Of a stretch of 64,000 bases of DNA, positions 38,500 through 51,654 are shown piece by piece. Within the stretch, counting starts at the first letter, position 1; each line of letters begins with the position of its first letter. The notes under the pieces are model-generated. The model worked only from the letters and a program-made list of their open reading frames with translations. It was not told where the DNA came from and made no database searches. A program made the position numbers and the translations under genes. The stretch spans positions 45,200,001 to 45,264,000 of the forward strand of contig NC_058368.1 in the NCBI RefSeq assembly GCF_018350175.1. The letters run 5' to 3'. Origin of the DNA: Felis catus (Eukaryota).

Positions 38500-39940
38500 A
38501 ACAGAGACAGAGCATGAGTGGGGGAAGAATAGAGAGAAAGGGAGACACAGAATCTGAAGCAGGCTCCAGGCTCTGAGCTATCAGCACAGAGCCCAACGTG
38601 GGGCTCAAACTCACAAACCGCATGAGATCAAGACCTGAGCCAAAGTGGGATGCTTAACCAACTGAGCCACATAGGTGTCCCGGTAATTCTATTTTTAATT
38701 TTTGAAGAATCTCCATACTGTTGTCCACAGTGCCTATACCAATTTGCATTCCCAGTAACAGTGCAAAAGGGTTTCTTACTTTCCAGATACTCACCAATGC
38801 TTGTTGTTTCTTGTGTTTTTGATTCTAGCCATTCTGACAGGTATGAGGTAATACCTTATTATGTTTCTCATTTGCATTTCCCTAATGGTTAAGTGATGTT
38901 GAGCATCTTTTCATATGTATGTTGACCACCTGTATGTCTTCTTTGGAGAAATGTCTGTTCATGTATTCTGCCTGTTTTTAGTTGGATTATTTGTTTTTTT
39001 GTGTTTGTTGAGTTGTATAAGTTCTTTATATATTTTGGATACTAACCATTTATCAGATATGTCATTTGAAATATCTTTTCCTATGCAGATTGTGTTTAGT
39101 TTTGCTAATTATTTCCTTTGCTGTGCAGAAGCTTTTTAGTTTGATGAATTTCCAAGAGTTTATAATAGTTTTTGCTTTTGTTTTCCTTGTCTCAGGAGAC
39201 ATATCTAGAAAAATGTTGCTATGACTGATGTTAGAGAAATTACTGCCTGTGTTCTCTTCTACGATTTTTATGGTTTTGGGTCTTACATTTAGGTCATTAA
39301 TCTATTTTGAGTTTATTTTTGTGTATGGTGTCAGAAAGTAATCTAGCTTCATTCTTTTGCATGTAGCTATACAATTTCCCCAACACCATTTGTTGACGAG
39401 GCTTCTTCTCATTGCATATTCTTGCCTCTTTTGTCAAAGATTAATTAACCATATAATCGTGTGTTTATTTCTGGGATCTCTATTTTGTTCCATTGATTTA
39501 TGTGTCTATTTTTGTGCCATAACTATACTGTTTTGGTTATTACACGGTAATGCTAGCCTCACAGAATGAATGTGCAAGCTTCCCTTCCTCTTCTATTTTT
39601 TGTGAAAAGTTTGAGAAGAATAGGTAGTAGTTTCTATTTAAATGTTTGGTAGAATTCACCTGTGAAACCATCTGGTCCTGGACTTATGTTTTTTGGGAAT
39701 TTTCTGATTACTGATTCCATTTCATTGTTGGTAATTGGTCTGTTCAAATTTTCTATTTCTTCCTGATTCAGTTTTGGGAGGTGATAGATTTCTAGGAATT
39801 TAACCATTTCTTCTAGGGTGTCCAAATTATTGGCATACAATTTTTCATAATATTCTCTTATAACCCTTTTTATTTCAGTGGTATTGGTTGTTATTTCTCT
39901 TCTTTCATTTCTGATTTTGTTTTTTGAGTTCTCTTTTTTT
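37755..39940 (-). mobile_element. Carnivore L1 (5'-truncated, RT core deleted) nested in the old L1M
   Basis: 3' end gttaacgtacaatgttatattagg...; ORF2 C-terminus; jump at ~39546 to the region encoding SPGPDGFTGEFYQTFK (ORF 39634-39840). Confidence 0.88.
38400..38681 (-). mobile_element. CanSINE inside the nested L1
   Basis: Perfect TSD ggtaattctattttta at 38384-38399 and 38682-38697. Confidence 0.96.
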
Positions 39941-40414
39941 TGGTATTATATTTTATACTTGTCATCAAATCCAAGTTTACATACATTTTCAGAAGTTCTA
40001 TAGTTTTTCATTTCAAATTTGAGTCTATGATACATTTTGATTACATTTTTGTGAAATAGGAAAGGACTGTATGTAGGTCATTTATTTTACATATCGAAGT
40101 CCATTATTCCAGTATGATTTGTTGAAAAAAAACTCTCTATTATCCAAGAATTGCCCTTGGTCTTCTGTCAAAGTTCAGTTCACTGTTTATAAAGTATCTA
40201 CTTTTGTCCATTAATAGACTCTGGTCCATTATTGTATGTGTCTATTCTTTCACCAACTCTATACTGTCCTGATTATTATGATCTTGAGCCTGGAATGTGT
40301 GAGTACTCTAAATTAATTTTTCTTCTTTAATATTGTATTAGCTATTGTAGTTCTTTTGGTATTCTGCATGAACTTTAGTCTTGCTGTTGTCTACAAAATA
40401 GATTCCTGTGATTT

Positions 40415-40631
40415 AAAAAAAATTTTTTTACATTTATTTATTTTTGAGAGACAGAGAGAGACAGAGAGTGAGCAGGGTAGGGGAGGAGAGAGAGGCAGAC
40501 ACAGAATCCAAAGCAGGTTCCAGGCTCCAAGCTGTCAGCCCAGAGCCTGATGGGGCTCTAACCTGTGAGCCATGAGATCATGACCCAAGCCAAAGTCAAA
40601 CGTTCAACCAACTGAGCCACCCAGGCACCCC
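40415..40631 (-). mobile_element. CanSINE inside the old L1M
   Basis: TSD agattcctgtgattt / agatttctgtgattt. Confidence 0.95.
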
Positions 40632-42358
40632 AGATTTCTGTGATTTTGACAGGCACTGTATTGAATCTGTAGATAAAGTTGGAAAAAAAATGGCATCTTA
40701 CAATATTGCTTCTTTCAATCCATCAATGGAATATTTTTCCATTTATAAAGACTGATATATTTCATCAGCATTTAATAGTCTTCCATGTATAAATCCTTTA
40801 TGTTTTATTAGATTTGTATTTTATTTTTGGTGCTACTATAAATGGTATTTTTTTTATTTCAGGTTCTAATGATTCATTACTTCTATATAAGAAAATTATA
40901 TACTTTTATATTTTAACCTTATATCTTGTCACTTTGCTATACTAGCTTACTAGCCCCTAGAGTTTTGTTGTTGTTGTTGTTGTTGATGAGAATGATGATG
41001 ATGATTCTTTAAGACTTTCCATAAAAATAATCATGTTACCTACAAATAAGGGCAGTTTTATTTCTTCCTTTTCAATTTGTACACATTTTTATTTGCATGT
41101 GTTATCTTATTTCACTAAATAGGATTTCCAGCACAATAATGAATCGGAGGTATGAGAAAGGACATCCTTGCCTTTTCCTGATCTTAAAGGGAAAGCATCT
41201 AGTCCTTTATCAAGTTTTCAAGTTGAAGGTGTTAGCCTATATTCCTGATTTTTTTAATAGTTGCTTTGTTAAGCATGAACTAAATGTGTGCTGGATTTTG
41301 TCAAATTGTTTTTCTGCATCACTGATATGATCACACGACTCTTCTTTAGCCTGTTAATATGATTGATTATGCTCCGATTTTTGAACACTGAACCAGCCAT
41401 GCATACCTACAATAAATCCCACTTGGTTTTGGGGTATAATTATTTTTATACATTAGTAGATTCTATTCTCTCTCTCTCTCTTTTTTTTTTTTTTTTTTTT
41501 TGAGGATTTTGCATCTCTGTTCATGAGAGATTTGGGCCCGTAGTTTGCCTCTTTTGGAATGTCTTTGTACGGTTTTATTAGTAAAGTAATGCTAGGCTCC
41601 TAGAATGTGCTAGGGAGTTGTACTTTTGCTTCTGCTTTCAGAAAGAGATTTAGGAGAACTGACAGCATTCTTTAAATGTGTGGTAGATTTTCACCAGTGA
41701 AACTGTCTGCAACATTGTGGTTTCTTTCTAAGAAGGTTATTAATTATTGTTTCAATTTCTTTAATAGATCTAGGTTTATTCAGATTTTCTATTTCTCCTG
41801 TGTGAGTTTTAGTTGTTCCTGTCTTTCAAGGAGTTAGTCCTTTTCATTCAAGGAATCATTTTGCAGTCATAGAGTTGTTTGTATTATTCTGTCTTATTCT
41901 TTTAATTCCCATCGGATCAACAGTGATGATTCCTTCTTTATTTCTGGGATTGGTAATTTACGCTTTCTATTTTCTTGGTTAGCCTCATTTGAGGTTTATT
42001 AGTTTCATTGATCTTATAAAACAACCAGCTTTTGGCTTTGTTAATTCTCTCCATTGTGTACTGTTTTCAATGTCATTGATTTCTGCTCTAATTTTTATTA
42101 TTTCTTTGCTTTTTTTCTTCTGTTTGCTTTAGGCTTAAAGTTTTATTTTTATAGCTTCCCTAAGGTAAAAGCTTAGGTTACTGATTTTAGAGATATTTTT
42201 TTCCATTATATGCACTTATTATGATAAATTTCCCTCTAGGCACTGCTTTTGCTGCACTCCACAAATGTTAAAGACATTCACACACTGACGATGAGTTGAG
42301 GCAGCCAGAATTCAGAACTTAGTCACAAAAACCAGTGATTAAGACTGGGATTATAGAA

Positions 42359-42679
42359 CATGGGTTGACAAACTATTCTGTGAAAGATCGTATGTTAAAT
42401 ATTTCAGAATTTGCAGCCATACTATTTTTGTTGTATCAACTCTGATATTGTAACTTAAGAGCAGCTATGGACAAAAGTTAAGTGAATGAGGGTTCTGTGT
42501 TCTAAAACAATATTGTTTACAGACATTTGAATTACATGTAATTTTTTTGTGTGTCGCAAAATACTCTTGTTTTTATTTGTTTAAACATATAAAATTGCAA
42601 AAAAAAAAAAAAACCCAAACCTAATCTTAGCTTCTGGGCCATACAAAAACAGGCGGTGGACTAGATTTGCCAACATCTG
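42359..42679 (+). mobile_element. MER58B hAT-Charlie MITE
   Basis: Ends catgggttgacaaact ... tttgccaacatctg (degenerate TIRs); 8-bp TSD ttatagaa / ttatagag; internal gggccatacaaaaacaggcggtggactagatttg. Confidence 0.88.
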
Positions 42680-42829
42680 TTATAGAGGATCACATGATTA
42701 CGGGTAAAGTCATAATAATAAATTCTGACCAAGTCTCTCCTGATTTATGTGATATTAGTTCCAAGAACTGGTTTAAATGTTCAAACATAACATTATCATT
42801 TTTGTAGTCTTTTTAAAAAAGATTTACCT

Positions 42830-43060
42830 GTGTTCTTTACTCTTTTATTTTTGAGACAAGTTTTGTTAGTTTCTTTCTGGGATCACCTTCCTTTTGAATG
42901 TCTCTTTAGAGAGGGTCTGCTGGAAGGAAATCTATCAGGTTTGGTTAAGCTTAAAATTTCTGCCCTCTTTCTTAAAGAAAAGACTTTTTGGGTACAAAAA
43001 AGGTTAACAGTTATTTTTTCCTTAGGACTCTGATAAAATTATCAAACTTTTCTGATTAAG
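42830..43060 (-). mobile_element. Ancient L1M ORF1-region fragment
   Basis: gagggtctgctgg...ctttcttaaagaaaagactttttgggtacaaaa...gttaacagttattttttc resembles antisense L1M ORF1. Confidence 0.45.
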
Positions 43061-45124
43061 GGAAGTTTCGATCTTTGCATAGAAGATAAAATAGCCATCT
43101 TTTCCCCCCATATCTCCTGGGAACTATATATGATGTTGATTCAAGAGCTATGGTCATATGAGAGAGTACAAGAGCCTCTTAAGTAGCCACAAGTGTGGAA
43201 AGGGTTTCAGTTGCTCTGGTAAAATGGACATGAGTTCTTAGAAGTCAAATGAAAAGTTTTGGAAATCCTTGAGCTAAATGGATTTTAGTACCAATTATTA
43301 TCAAGTATAGCTCTCTGAAGGTCTTTTGGAGACTCCTTAAGGGGAGAGATTTCAACAAAATCTGAAAATATGAGGAGTTTCTCTTGGTAATACAGGGAGA
43401 GGAATTATCGTTCACATAAGTAAATGATAACAATGTTTGATCCTTGGAACCAGAAAGAAAACTTCTAGAAGTCAAAACTGAAATTGCAAGAAGCCTAGAT
43501 GTCACTATCCCTTGGCTTACCCTGCTGTACTAGAGAAACAGTTTTGCAGAAAGATAGTATACCTTGCGAAGGGGTAAAACCAGTTATAGTGCTTTAAGGT
43601 CTACAACCCTGGCTGCTTGCAGTGAAGATTACATATGAGAGATGCAAATAGGGACATGTTAGATAAATTTGAGAACAAAGATCTCAAGATACAGGCACTC
43701 AGGAGAACAGGTATATCTGTGTTGGTCATTAAGAGGGCAGATTTCTAAAGGATGTATCACATACTCACACATATCCTAATGCCACTAAAGGGACATGGAA
43801 AATAAAAATTTGCCTAACACAAGAAAGATGCTTACTGTGTGGAATCGACACACTAATTACCAGCTTTCTCTTGAGATGGATAAATGTCACTACATTTATG
43901 CTACTTGATAAAAATTATCTCCTGAAACAAGAGACTTTTTCTGTTGCTGCCATACCATCTGTAACTGGTTTCACCTAGTTTTCCAACTTCAGACATATTT
44001 ACCTTTACCAGTTGAATATTGCTATTAATATTTTAATCTACCATTTAGACCTGGACATTTTACTTCTATTATTTGGCAGAGAGAATATGACAACCGATTA
44101 AACAATCTGTGAACCGACTATTGAGGTTTATGGGTGGTAACATTAGCTAGAGGTATGCTTTTGAATTTGGCCACCCCCAGTTCCCACTGGAATACCCTTT
44201 AAAGTCTACCAAACCAGCTTACGTTAACAGCGGTATGGGAAATTAAGACATTGTTACAAATGCCGAATACTGTGAGGAAATACCCTTATGGAACAAATAA
44301 ACCAATGTGAGAGCTAAGAAATGCCCAGTCTAAGTCAATGAAACAGAAAAATGACCAAAATAAAGGAGACAAGAAATATCTTGTAAGCTATTCCTCACCT
44401 ATCTTGTGGCCCTTACTACTGAGTACCCTTTTATCATATACAGATTTTGGTTCTTGTCACTGTCAAAGAAACCTGGCAGCCAATACTCTAAATTGGGACC
44501 AGTTTTCAGTATCTCTGAGTAATAACTTCGCTTTGAAACCTTATCTGAATTTCCCTTCTTGCAGACACTCAGAATACAACAAGCCCTGCGTGGGAAAGGC
44601 AAACAGCAATGACTTGTCCCTAGTTCTCTGAAATCAGAATATTGCTAGGAAAAATAAGGTAAATATGCACTGTGATGGTTGGAATTTATCAGAAACTATG
44701 TTTACCCAAAAAGGACTACAAATTCCTGTAAATTATTATTGTATTTTACTCAGAAAATCCAGAATAAGAGACTTATCTATCTCTCTCTGGTATATCAGAG
44801 CAATCATAGAAGACTAGTTGTTAGGCTTTGGGAAGGAGCAGGGGTGTATATTCCAGAATTTATATTACTAGAAACAAATTATATCTTTAATAGTTTATTT
44901 CTATTTACTTGTTAGTAAAATCATTCACCCAAATGGCTATGTCCATAATAAATGTTTACTTTATTAATCCTAAAACATTGTAAACTGAGATTTGTTTTCA
45001 TTTGTTACACTTCTTATGATTTAATTTTCAGTACATTTTAGTGCCATTAAAGAGAAAAGAAGTATCTCTAAATAAGTAGAAAGCTTTACTTATTTTCTTC
45101 CAATAGACACTTTCCAAACAGGAT

Positions 45125-45662
45125 CATTTTCAATTCTCACGATTCCTGGGGCTGAACTAAGTTAAGTTTCTTTGTTGCTGCCCTAAAAGAGAACACACTA
45201 AGAAAGAAGTTCAGAATGTCTCAGTAAGAGGGCATTATAAAAAATGGATTACAAGATTTTTGAGTTTGTTAGGTGATTTGTGCGAGAGTTCCAGGAAGTG
45301 TGGTTTTGCTTTTGAGTGGATACTATCAGGAGGAGGGGTAATTGTATGACTGAGCACCTTCGTTTATCTACACGGTTTGAAGAATCAACAAAATTTGAAG
45401 CTTTAATCGATAAAAAGGCAACAGTTGCTCATATGAGCTGAGATTCAAGGGTATCAACATTTTTTTGATTTGCACTGTGATCTTTTTATTTCTGTTTCTT
45501 ATACTTTTTGGTCTCATTTTATCTTGGTCACTTCGCCACCTCATATGATCAACGTGAGACTATCACAGTTTAGCTGCTACTGTCAGCTCCCAACGACACC
45601 AAAAGCTAATTGTTACTGTCAGGCCAGTCCCTGTATGTCAGGGACTGAGTTTATCTTTCTCA
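45125..45662 (-). mobile_element. Solo ERV1-class LTR (LTR37-like, name uncertain)
   Basis: Reverse complement begins tgagaaagataaactcagtccctgacatacagggactggcctgacag, resembling recalled LTR37-type 5' ends. Confidence 0.55.
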
Positions 45663-46195
45663 GTCCTTCCCGCTTTCCTTCTTTTCCTCATCCCTCACCC
45701 CGGTCCATCTTTTAGTCAAAGGCAGATGAAGTTAGGCGCCATTATCCTGATTTCCATTACATCCTGATTTCACCATTGTCAAAATTTTGCTGATTAAACG
45801 TTTGTTCAGAGAACACTATCTGCAGCTGGACTAGGTTAGTCTCTCCTACTCCCTTTGTTCCCAGATGAGTTGTTGCATCCTCTGATACACATTGACTACA
45901 CAGTAGCATTTAAGATTCTGGACATTCTTTACTCCCAACTGTAATGTGCATAGTTACCAGAAACAATAAAATGGTTCTTAGGTTTTGTAACAAGTATTGA
46001 AGCCACGGTCCTAGATAATCAAAGCCCAGGCAATGAAACCTAGTGTTAGTATTCAATGCAGTCTTTTTTTAGAAAGTAAAGTTTGTTTATTTGTTTATTT
46101 AGCCTAGTGATGAACTGTCCTGACTGCTCTAAAGCATGCAGGTATACCAAAACGTGTTTGCTATAGCAGAAACCACTCCTTCTCTGAGTGAAAGT

Positions 46196-46403
46196 ATTTA
46201 TTTATTTATTTTAATGTTTATTCATTTTTGAGAGAGAGAAAGAGCGTGAGCAGGGAGGAGGGGCTGGGGGGCAGACAGAGAGGCAGGCTCCAGGCTCTGA
46301 GTTGTCAGCACAGAGCCTGATGCAAGGCTTGAACTCACGAACCACAAGAAAATGACCTAAGCTGAAGTCAGACACGTAATTGACCTAGCCACCCAGGCAT
46401 CCC
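46196..46403 (-). mobile_element. CanSINE
   Basis: gcaggctccaggctctgagttgtcagcacagagcctg...gccacccaggcatccc. Confidence 0.93.
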
Positions 46404-46987
46404 AGAAATTATTTTTGCTTCAAAACATTTTAATCATGATATAAATGTTCATGCAGAAAGCAGTAGCTATTTTTAATTTTCTAACTTCTAATTTCCACTT
46501 GTGCCTGGAGAAAACAAGCATTGATTACTTTGGCTAAATGTGGTCATTAATATCAGGAATACTATCAGAAAAATATGAATTTAGGAATAAGAAAATTGAT
46601 GCTTACTGTCTTTTTATTAAAAATTCCCTTGTAGCTTATTCAGATAGCAATTTTAGTATAAAATATACATGGTTTTATTTAATATATTAAGTCAATTACA
46701 TTTTAAAGTTTTAAAGTATAATTTACACACATATATTTGAATCTGCCTAAACATACCTATAAAGTTATAATAAAACCTTGTTGGCAAACTGTTACATGAA
46801 AATGTACTAAAGGAATAAGGTTAGAATATGTGGTGCTTTTTTCTATAAAATTACTAAATTGTTTTATTCTCAAATTAGTAGACCCTTGTTTTGTTACCAA
46901 ATTCTCTCTCAATGCTTTTAAGAATACTTTAAAAATTTTTAAAATAGCTTTAGCATTAAAAAGGGTTAAGTTCCTAACAACTATTTT

Positions 46988-47203
46988 TAATAAATGTTTA
47001 TTTATTTATTTTGAGAGAGAGAGACAAAGAAAGAGACAGACAGAAAGGGAGGGAGGAGCAGAGAGAGGGAGAGAGAATCCCAATCAGGCTCTGTGTTGTC
47101 ACCACTGAGTCCAATGCAGGGCTCGATCTGAGGAACTGTGAGATCATGATCTGAGTCAAAATCGAGTCAGATGCTCAACTGACCGAGCCACCCAGGCATG
47201 CCC
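46988..47203 (-). mobile_element. CanSINE
   Basis: TSD cctaacaactattttt / cctaataactattttt. Confidence 0.93.
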
Positions 47204-48007
47204 CCCTCCCTAATAACTATTTGTTATTGCTGTTTATTTTCATCAAGTTACTTATAATCATATTATTTTCTCCAACATGTACACGTGATACTGCCTTTCC
47301 CAAATTCCAATGAACAACACTGTTAAAATTTTTATGCTAATACTATCTTTGGCTTTCCTAAAATGGTCATTAGGTAACAAAATTTGCTTCATCACCATAA
47401 CAAAAGGAAGGAAGATAAGAATACGATAATTATCTTTGTCTAAAAATGCTTCAGATTCTAATTAATGCAAACTGCTATAAAACTGTTTGTCTACCAAACC
47501 TGGCATAGAGAATACCTGAAAAAAACAAAAACCAAAAGAAGAGATTTTCTTTCTAGATTAATGATTAGCATAGTATCCTAAGCTAATAGAAATATCTATG
47601 AATGTTTTACATACTTTTCATGCATACTCATACTCATGTATAAACACAAAGACTATTAACGATATCCTTCTATGAAAAGACAGTTTTCCAGCACTCTAAA
47701 CGAGGACACAACATAAAAGCAAAAGGCAAAGAACAGGCCCCTTAGGTCTTTTGATTTGAATGAAGTGACCACAGTGCATTGTTTCAGTTCAATATATGGG
47801 CCAAGGTAAAAGAATCATAAAGTGTTATCCCATGAAAGCCTGATAAGCTCAAAATATGTCTACCTGCAAAGAGAGAGACAGAGACAAAACACACAGAGAC
47901 AGAGAGAGAAAGAGCTAGAGAGATCTTCAAAAGAATTTTGGGTGTGGTTATTTGCATATGATGCTGAATGGACGAAATCACCAATATATTTTAAAAGTCT
48001 CTATTAT

Positions 48008-48210
48008 TTTTTTAAATGTTTATTTATTTTTGAAAGACAGAGCACATGCAGACAGAGGGGCACAGAGAGAGGGAGACACAGCATTGGAAGCAGGCTCCAG
48101 GCTCTGAGCTGTCAGCACAGACCCCAACACGGGGCTCGAACTCACAAACCAGGAGATCATGACTTGAGACAAAGTTGGTTGCTTAACCGACTGAACCACC
48201 CAGGTGGCCC
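48008..48210 (-). mobile_element. CanSINE
   Basis: TSD taaaagtctctattatt / taaaaggctctattatt. Confidence 0.95.
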
Positions 48211-48642
48211 TAAAAGGCTCTATTATTAAAAATGCTTTCACTTTAGGTTAAAAAAGACCCTGACTCAATGAGACATGAAATGACTCTAGAGACCTCAAAT
48301 ATCTTTGGCAAGAAGCAAGCAGAAGCAGCAGCAGAGCTGACAAGGAGGGTAGATGCCCCAGCTCCCTTTTCAAATCTGGTTAGGAAAGATAATGGAAAAG
48401 AATGACCTCATGTGCGGAGCCAAAAACGATGAAGAATAAGGACAGAATACCTAATCTCAGACAGCAGAACCAAGGCCCAATCAAAACCCATAATCCAACC
48501 AAGATACAGGATGACCTTGTAATATATTTCCCCTGATGGGATTTCAGAATTTTCATGAACTACCTATGTGTTTCCCATTATTCACCTTCCCTAATGTGAT
48601 CATTAATGGAATTATCCTGTCTCTTTTTTCCACTGTGAGAGG

Positions 48643-48689
<47 letters not shown>

Positions 48690-49159
48690 CGCACGTGCAG
48701 CAGGTGATTGATTTTGTTTTAGTCCTTGGTTTCCTGAATCAAGGGACACCAGTTCCAGAAACAAATTAGATCCATGCTTGATCTTAGCCACAACCATGAT
48801 TTTAAGCTTGTGCTATGATTGGATAAGAACTTGGGGGGATGTTTTGCAAAGGAATAAGTCAATTTTATGGAAGGGAAGACAACAGATATTTGAGGTCAGC
48901 AGACTGTAGTGGGTTGTATTGTTTGCTCATGATTTTCATTTCCTCCCTATCCTTGCTGACTGCTATCCATTAACTTTATTCTGGAACATGTGACCGACTT
49001 AGACCAATAGAATGTAAGCATAAGTGAATGTGAGAGTTCTAAGCAGAAGCTTTGAGAAACATTGTACATACATATTTGAGCCACTCATTGATCCTTCTGT
49101 ATACTGTGAGAGCAGTGATTACCAATGAGTTTTTCGTGTCTATATTGATACATATTATA

Positions 49160-49490
49160 CTGTGAGTAAACACAAGGTTTCTGGGACAAGGACAGATTAT
49201 TTGTACTTATGGCACGAACTACAATGGTTCACCACATCCCAATTCCTCTCCTTCATGGGCTATGTGATGACAGCCAGATGGTTAGGCTAGCATGTACAAA
49301 TGGGTTTCTTGCACCACAGGAGTGGAACCCTGAAATTATGAATCTGGAAGCTTACATAGTATTGGGACAGCTGTCTCCTCTCCCCTTCTGACAGAGGGAG
49401 AGAAACCTCTGTTCCCTAGGCATTTTCAATCCTTTGGAATATAAATAACTGACTCCATGGCTCTCCATAGTTTCACCCCACCCTCACCTC
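49160..49490 (-). mobile_element. MER68/MER76-like LTR fragment (third copy of the family)
   Basis: acacaaggtttctgggacaaggacagattatttgtacttatggcac...ccaattcc...caggagtggaaccctgaaattatgaatc aligns by eye to 18885-19100. Confidence 0.5.
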
Positions 49491-49577
49491 TTTGAAATAT
49501 AAATTCACACTTGGAGGGAAGAAACTTTCTTTCTATCTATTCACTCATTTTTTAAGGTCCAACCAACACTTGTCTTT

Positions 49578-49781
49578 TTTTATTGTATATTTATTTTTGA
49601 GAGACAGAGTGCAAGCAGGCAAGGGGCAGGGAGAGAGGGAGACACAGAATCTGAATCAGGATCCAGGCTCTGAGCTGTCAGCACAGAGCCTGACGTGGGC
49701 TCGAACTCACAAACCCTCAAACCGTGATCATGACCTGAGCTGAAGTCGAACGCTCAATCGACTGAGCCACCCAGGTGCCCT
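49578..49781 (-). mobile_element. CanSINE
   Basis: TSD caacacttgtctttt on both sides. Confidence 0.95.
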
Positions 49782-50104
49782 GCAACACTTGTCTTTTAAT
49801 CTAGAAGCCAATCCTGTGCTTTGAAAGAATTAGCTGAGCACTGAACAGAATCATTATTTTTTCCCCCTATTCTACACCTACTCCTGCACTCTGGGTTTGG
49901 GATTGGAGAGACAAGTGACCTCAAACCAAACCCAGCTCAGCCCAGCAGATCTACAGTTGTCCCCAAACGTAGGTTACATGACCAAGAAATACTACTGGCT
50001 GTTTCAATGTCTCAAAAATTTTAGGTTGCTTTACACATATCATAAAATTACTGAAGCTGAAAATGTACCTCACTTCTGAAAATTCTAACTTGTGGTGGAG
50101 TCAT

Positions 50105-50570
50105 GCTAATGAAATCCAGAGCTGGACAGCATTCAAGGACAAGGGGGGTAAGTAGGGGTTACTTAGGACTATTATATAGGGGGAAAGAGACCTCAGTATA
50201 GAACTCAGCTCAGTCCCAGAAACAACAAGGAAAGTAAGGATTTATAGCCAACAGCAGGGCAGGAGGATTGGTTTGAGGAAAACTACCAGGATAGATAGGG
50301 TAGGGCGGGATAATTCTTTGCTAAACTGACCTAACATGTTTCTTGCTGAAGAGAGCTTAGGGTGACCAGATATCACCAAAGGGGTGCTGTAGGAGGAGGA
50401 ATTAGGCCAGAGGTTGAGAATGTGGGGAATCTAACTAAAGGGACTTAACAGCATTCTGGCTAAAACTGGGCAATGCAAAGACTGACATAGAAGTCAAAAA
50501 GTTGAGGCCTAGTTGGGAAAGAGGATTTAGAGGAGCCTGATAAAGTTTGGTCAAGGAGAGACTTTTGTCA
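50105..50570 (-). mobile_element. MER31 solo LTR (ERV1)
   Basis: Reverse complement starts tgacaaaagtctctccttgaccaaactttatcaggctcctct...actaggcctcaac, matching recalled MER31. Confidence 0.82.
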
Positions 50571-51445
50571 GATACTGAGATATTTCCAGAAGATAGAGTG
50601 TTTCTTCTAGTATTGATATATAATAAATTTTAATTTATTGTTTGAAGCAGATTACACCAAAAGTTATATCCAAATATCTAATTGGGCTGAGTAAATAAAC
50701 ATTTTGACTGAATGCAAAACCATGCTGTAACAGAATTGTAGATAAGATGAACATAAAAGCCACTTTTCATTTTTACTATTAATAAACTGTCTTTTAAATT
50801 CTTAAATGTTTTTAATATGCTTGCCTAAGACCTTATAACAAAGCCTGCTGTGTTGGAAGTAAAAAATAACTGACAAGGGACATAAAAAAGAAACTTCTCT
50901 GTATTTTTTCTGCTTGACAGTCCCCTCCCATATGACACAGCCATTTCATTTTTCATACAGAAATAATCTGTTGTCTCTTGGGAAAATATTTCCTGGGAAG
51001 AATCAGGAAGAGGAGAGATTGAAGTCGCCTGGCCTTTTAGTGTCAGTTGAGTAGATGTTGGAAATTCTTAATTTAAACTAAAGAGGAAAGAATACAATTT
51101 AGAAAGAAATTGTTCTGAGAAAATAGGAATAAAAGGGGAGGGAATTGAGTTCCATCCATCTATAATGAGAAGCCTTATGATATTCAAAATAAAAATTTTG
51201 TAAATATCTCTTGGCTTCAGAATCACAAACTATAAGTTCAAATGATCACTTACAGTTATGATAACAATTTATGTACCTATTCTAAACATTAATTCTATGT
51301 CTCTGGAAATTGAGACGATAAATATTTTTAAAGATTTTTCTTATAATTATATGAGATTACTGATTTTAAAATGTCTTGCAAAAGGTGACAAAGTATTAAT
51401 TTACTTTTATATTTTTATTTCCAATTATTACTTTGAACATTTTCT

Positions 51446-51654
51446 TTAACAATTTTTAACATTTATTTATTTTTGAGAGACAGAGCATGAGCAGGGAGGG
51501 GGAGACAGAGAGAGAGCGAGACACAGAATCTGAAGCAGGCTCCAGGCTCTGAGCTGTCAGCACAGAGCCTGACACGGGGCTCGAACTCAGAACTGCAAGA
51601 CCATGACTTGAGCTGAAGTCGGATGCTCAACTGACTGAGCCACCCAGGTGCCCC
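51446..51654 (-). mobile_element. CanSINE
   Basis: TSD actttgaacattttct / actttgggcattttct. Confidence 0.95.

Larger units (their letters stand above)
35165..42265 (-). mobile_element. Old L1M (L1MC/MD-like) 3'UTR plus ORF2, interrupted at ~37750-39940 by a younger L1
   Basis: Antisense 3'UTR (cctattattaacatcttac...cccatccaggataccac), ORF2 C-terminus at 37000-37650, and ORF2 continuing 39950-42265 (ggacatccttgccttttcctgatcttaaaggg, ataaatcccacttgg, ttcaccagtgaa). Confidence 0.8.
48450..50067 (+). mobile_element. MaLR remnant: MLT1-int 3' end plus MLT1H-like LTR, interrupted
   Basis: ...gatatttgaggtcagcagac|tgtagtgggttgtattg (int/LTR junction ~48905); catgtgaccgacttagaccaatagaatgtaagc; resumes ~49900 with cccagctcagcccagcagatc. 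Confidence 0.55.

Noticed and set aside
44030..44080. PGHFTSIIW resembling the CAP/SCP-domain GHFTxxVW motif
   Set aside because: Isolated short motif among stops; other CAP motifs absent; probably chance
43860..44290. Bornavirus-like N/G/L fragments (CNWFH, LTLTAVWEIKTLL)
   Set aside because: Only a few residues of resemblance and not collinear; cannot be supported without a search
38400..51654. Seven consecutive minus-strand SINEs (15 of 22 overall) as evidence of a host gene's orientation
   Set aside because: Small sample, mixed L1 orientation and no exons found; insufficient
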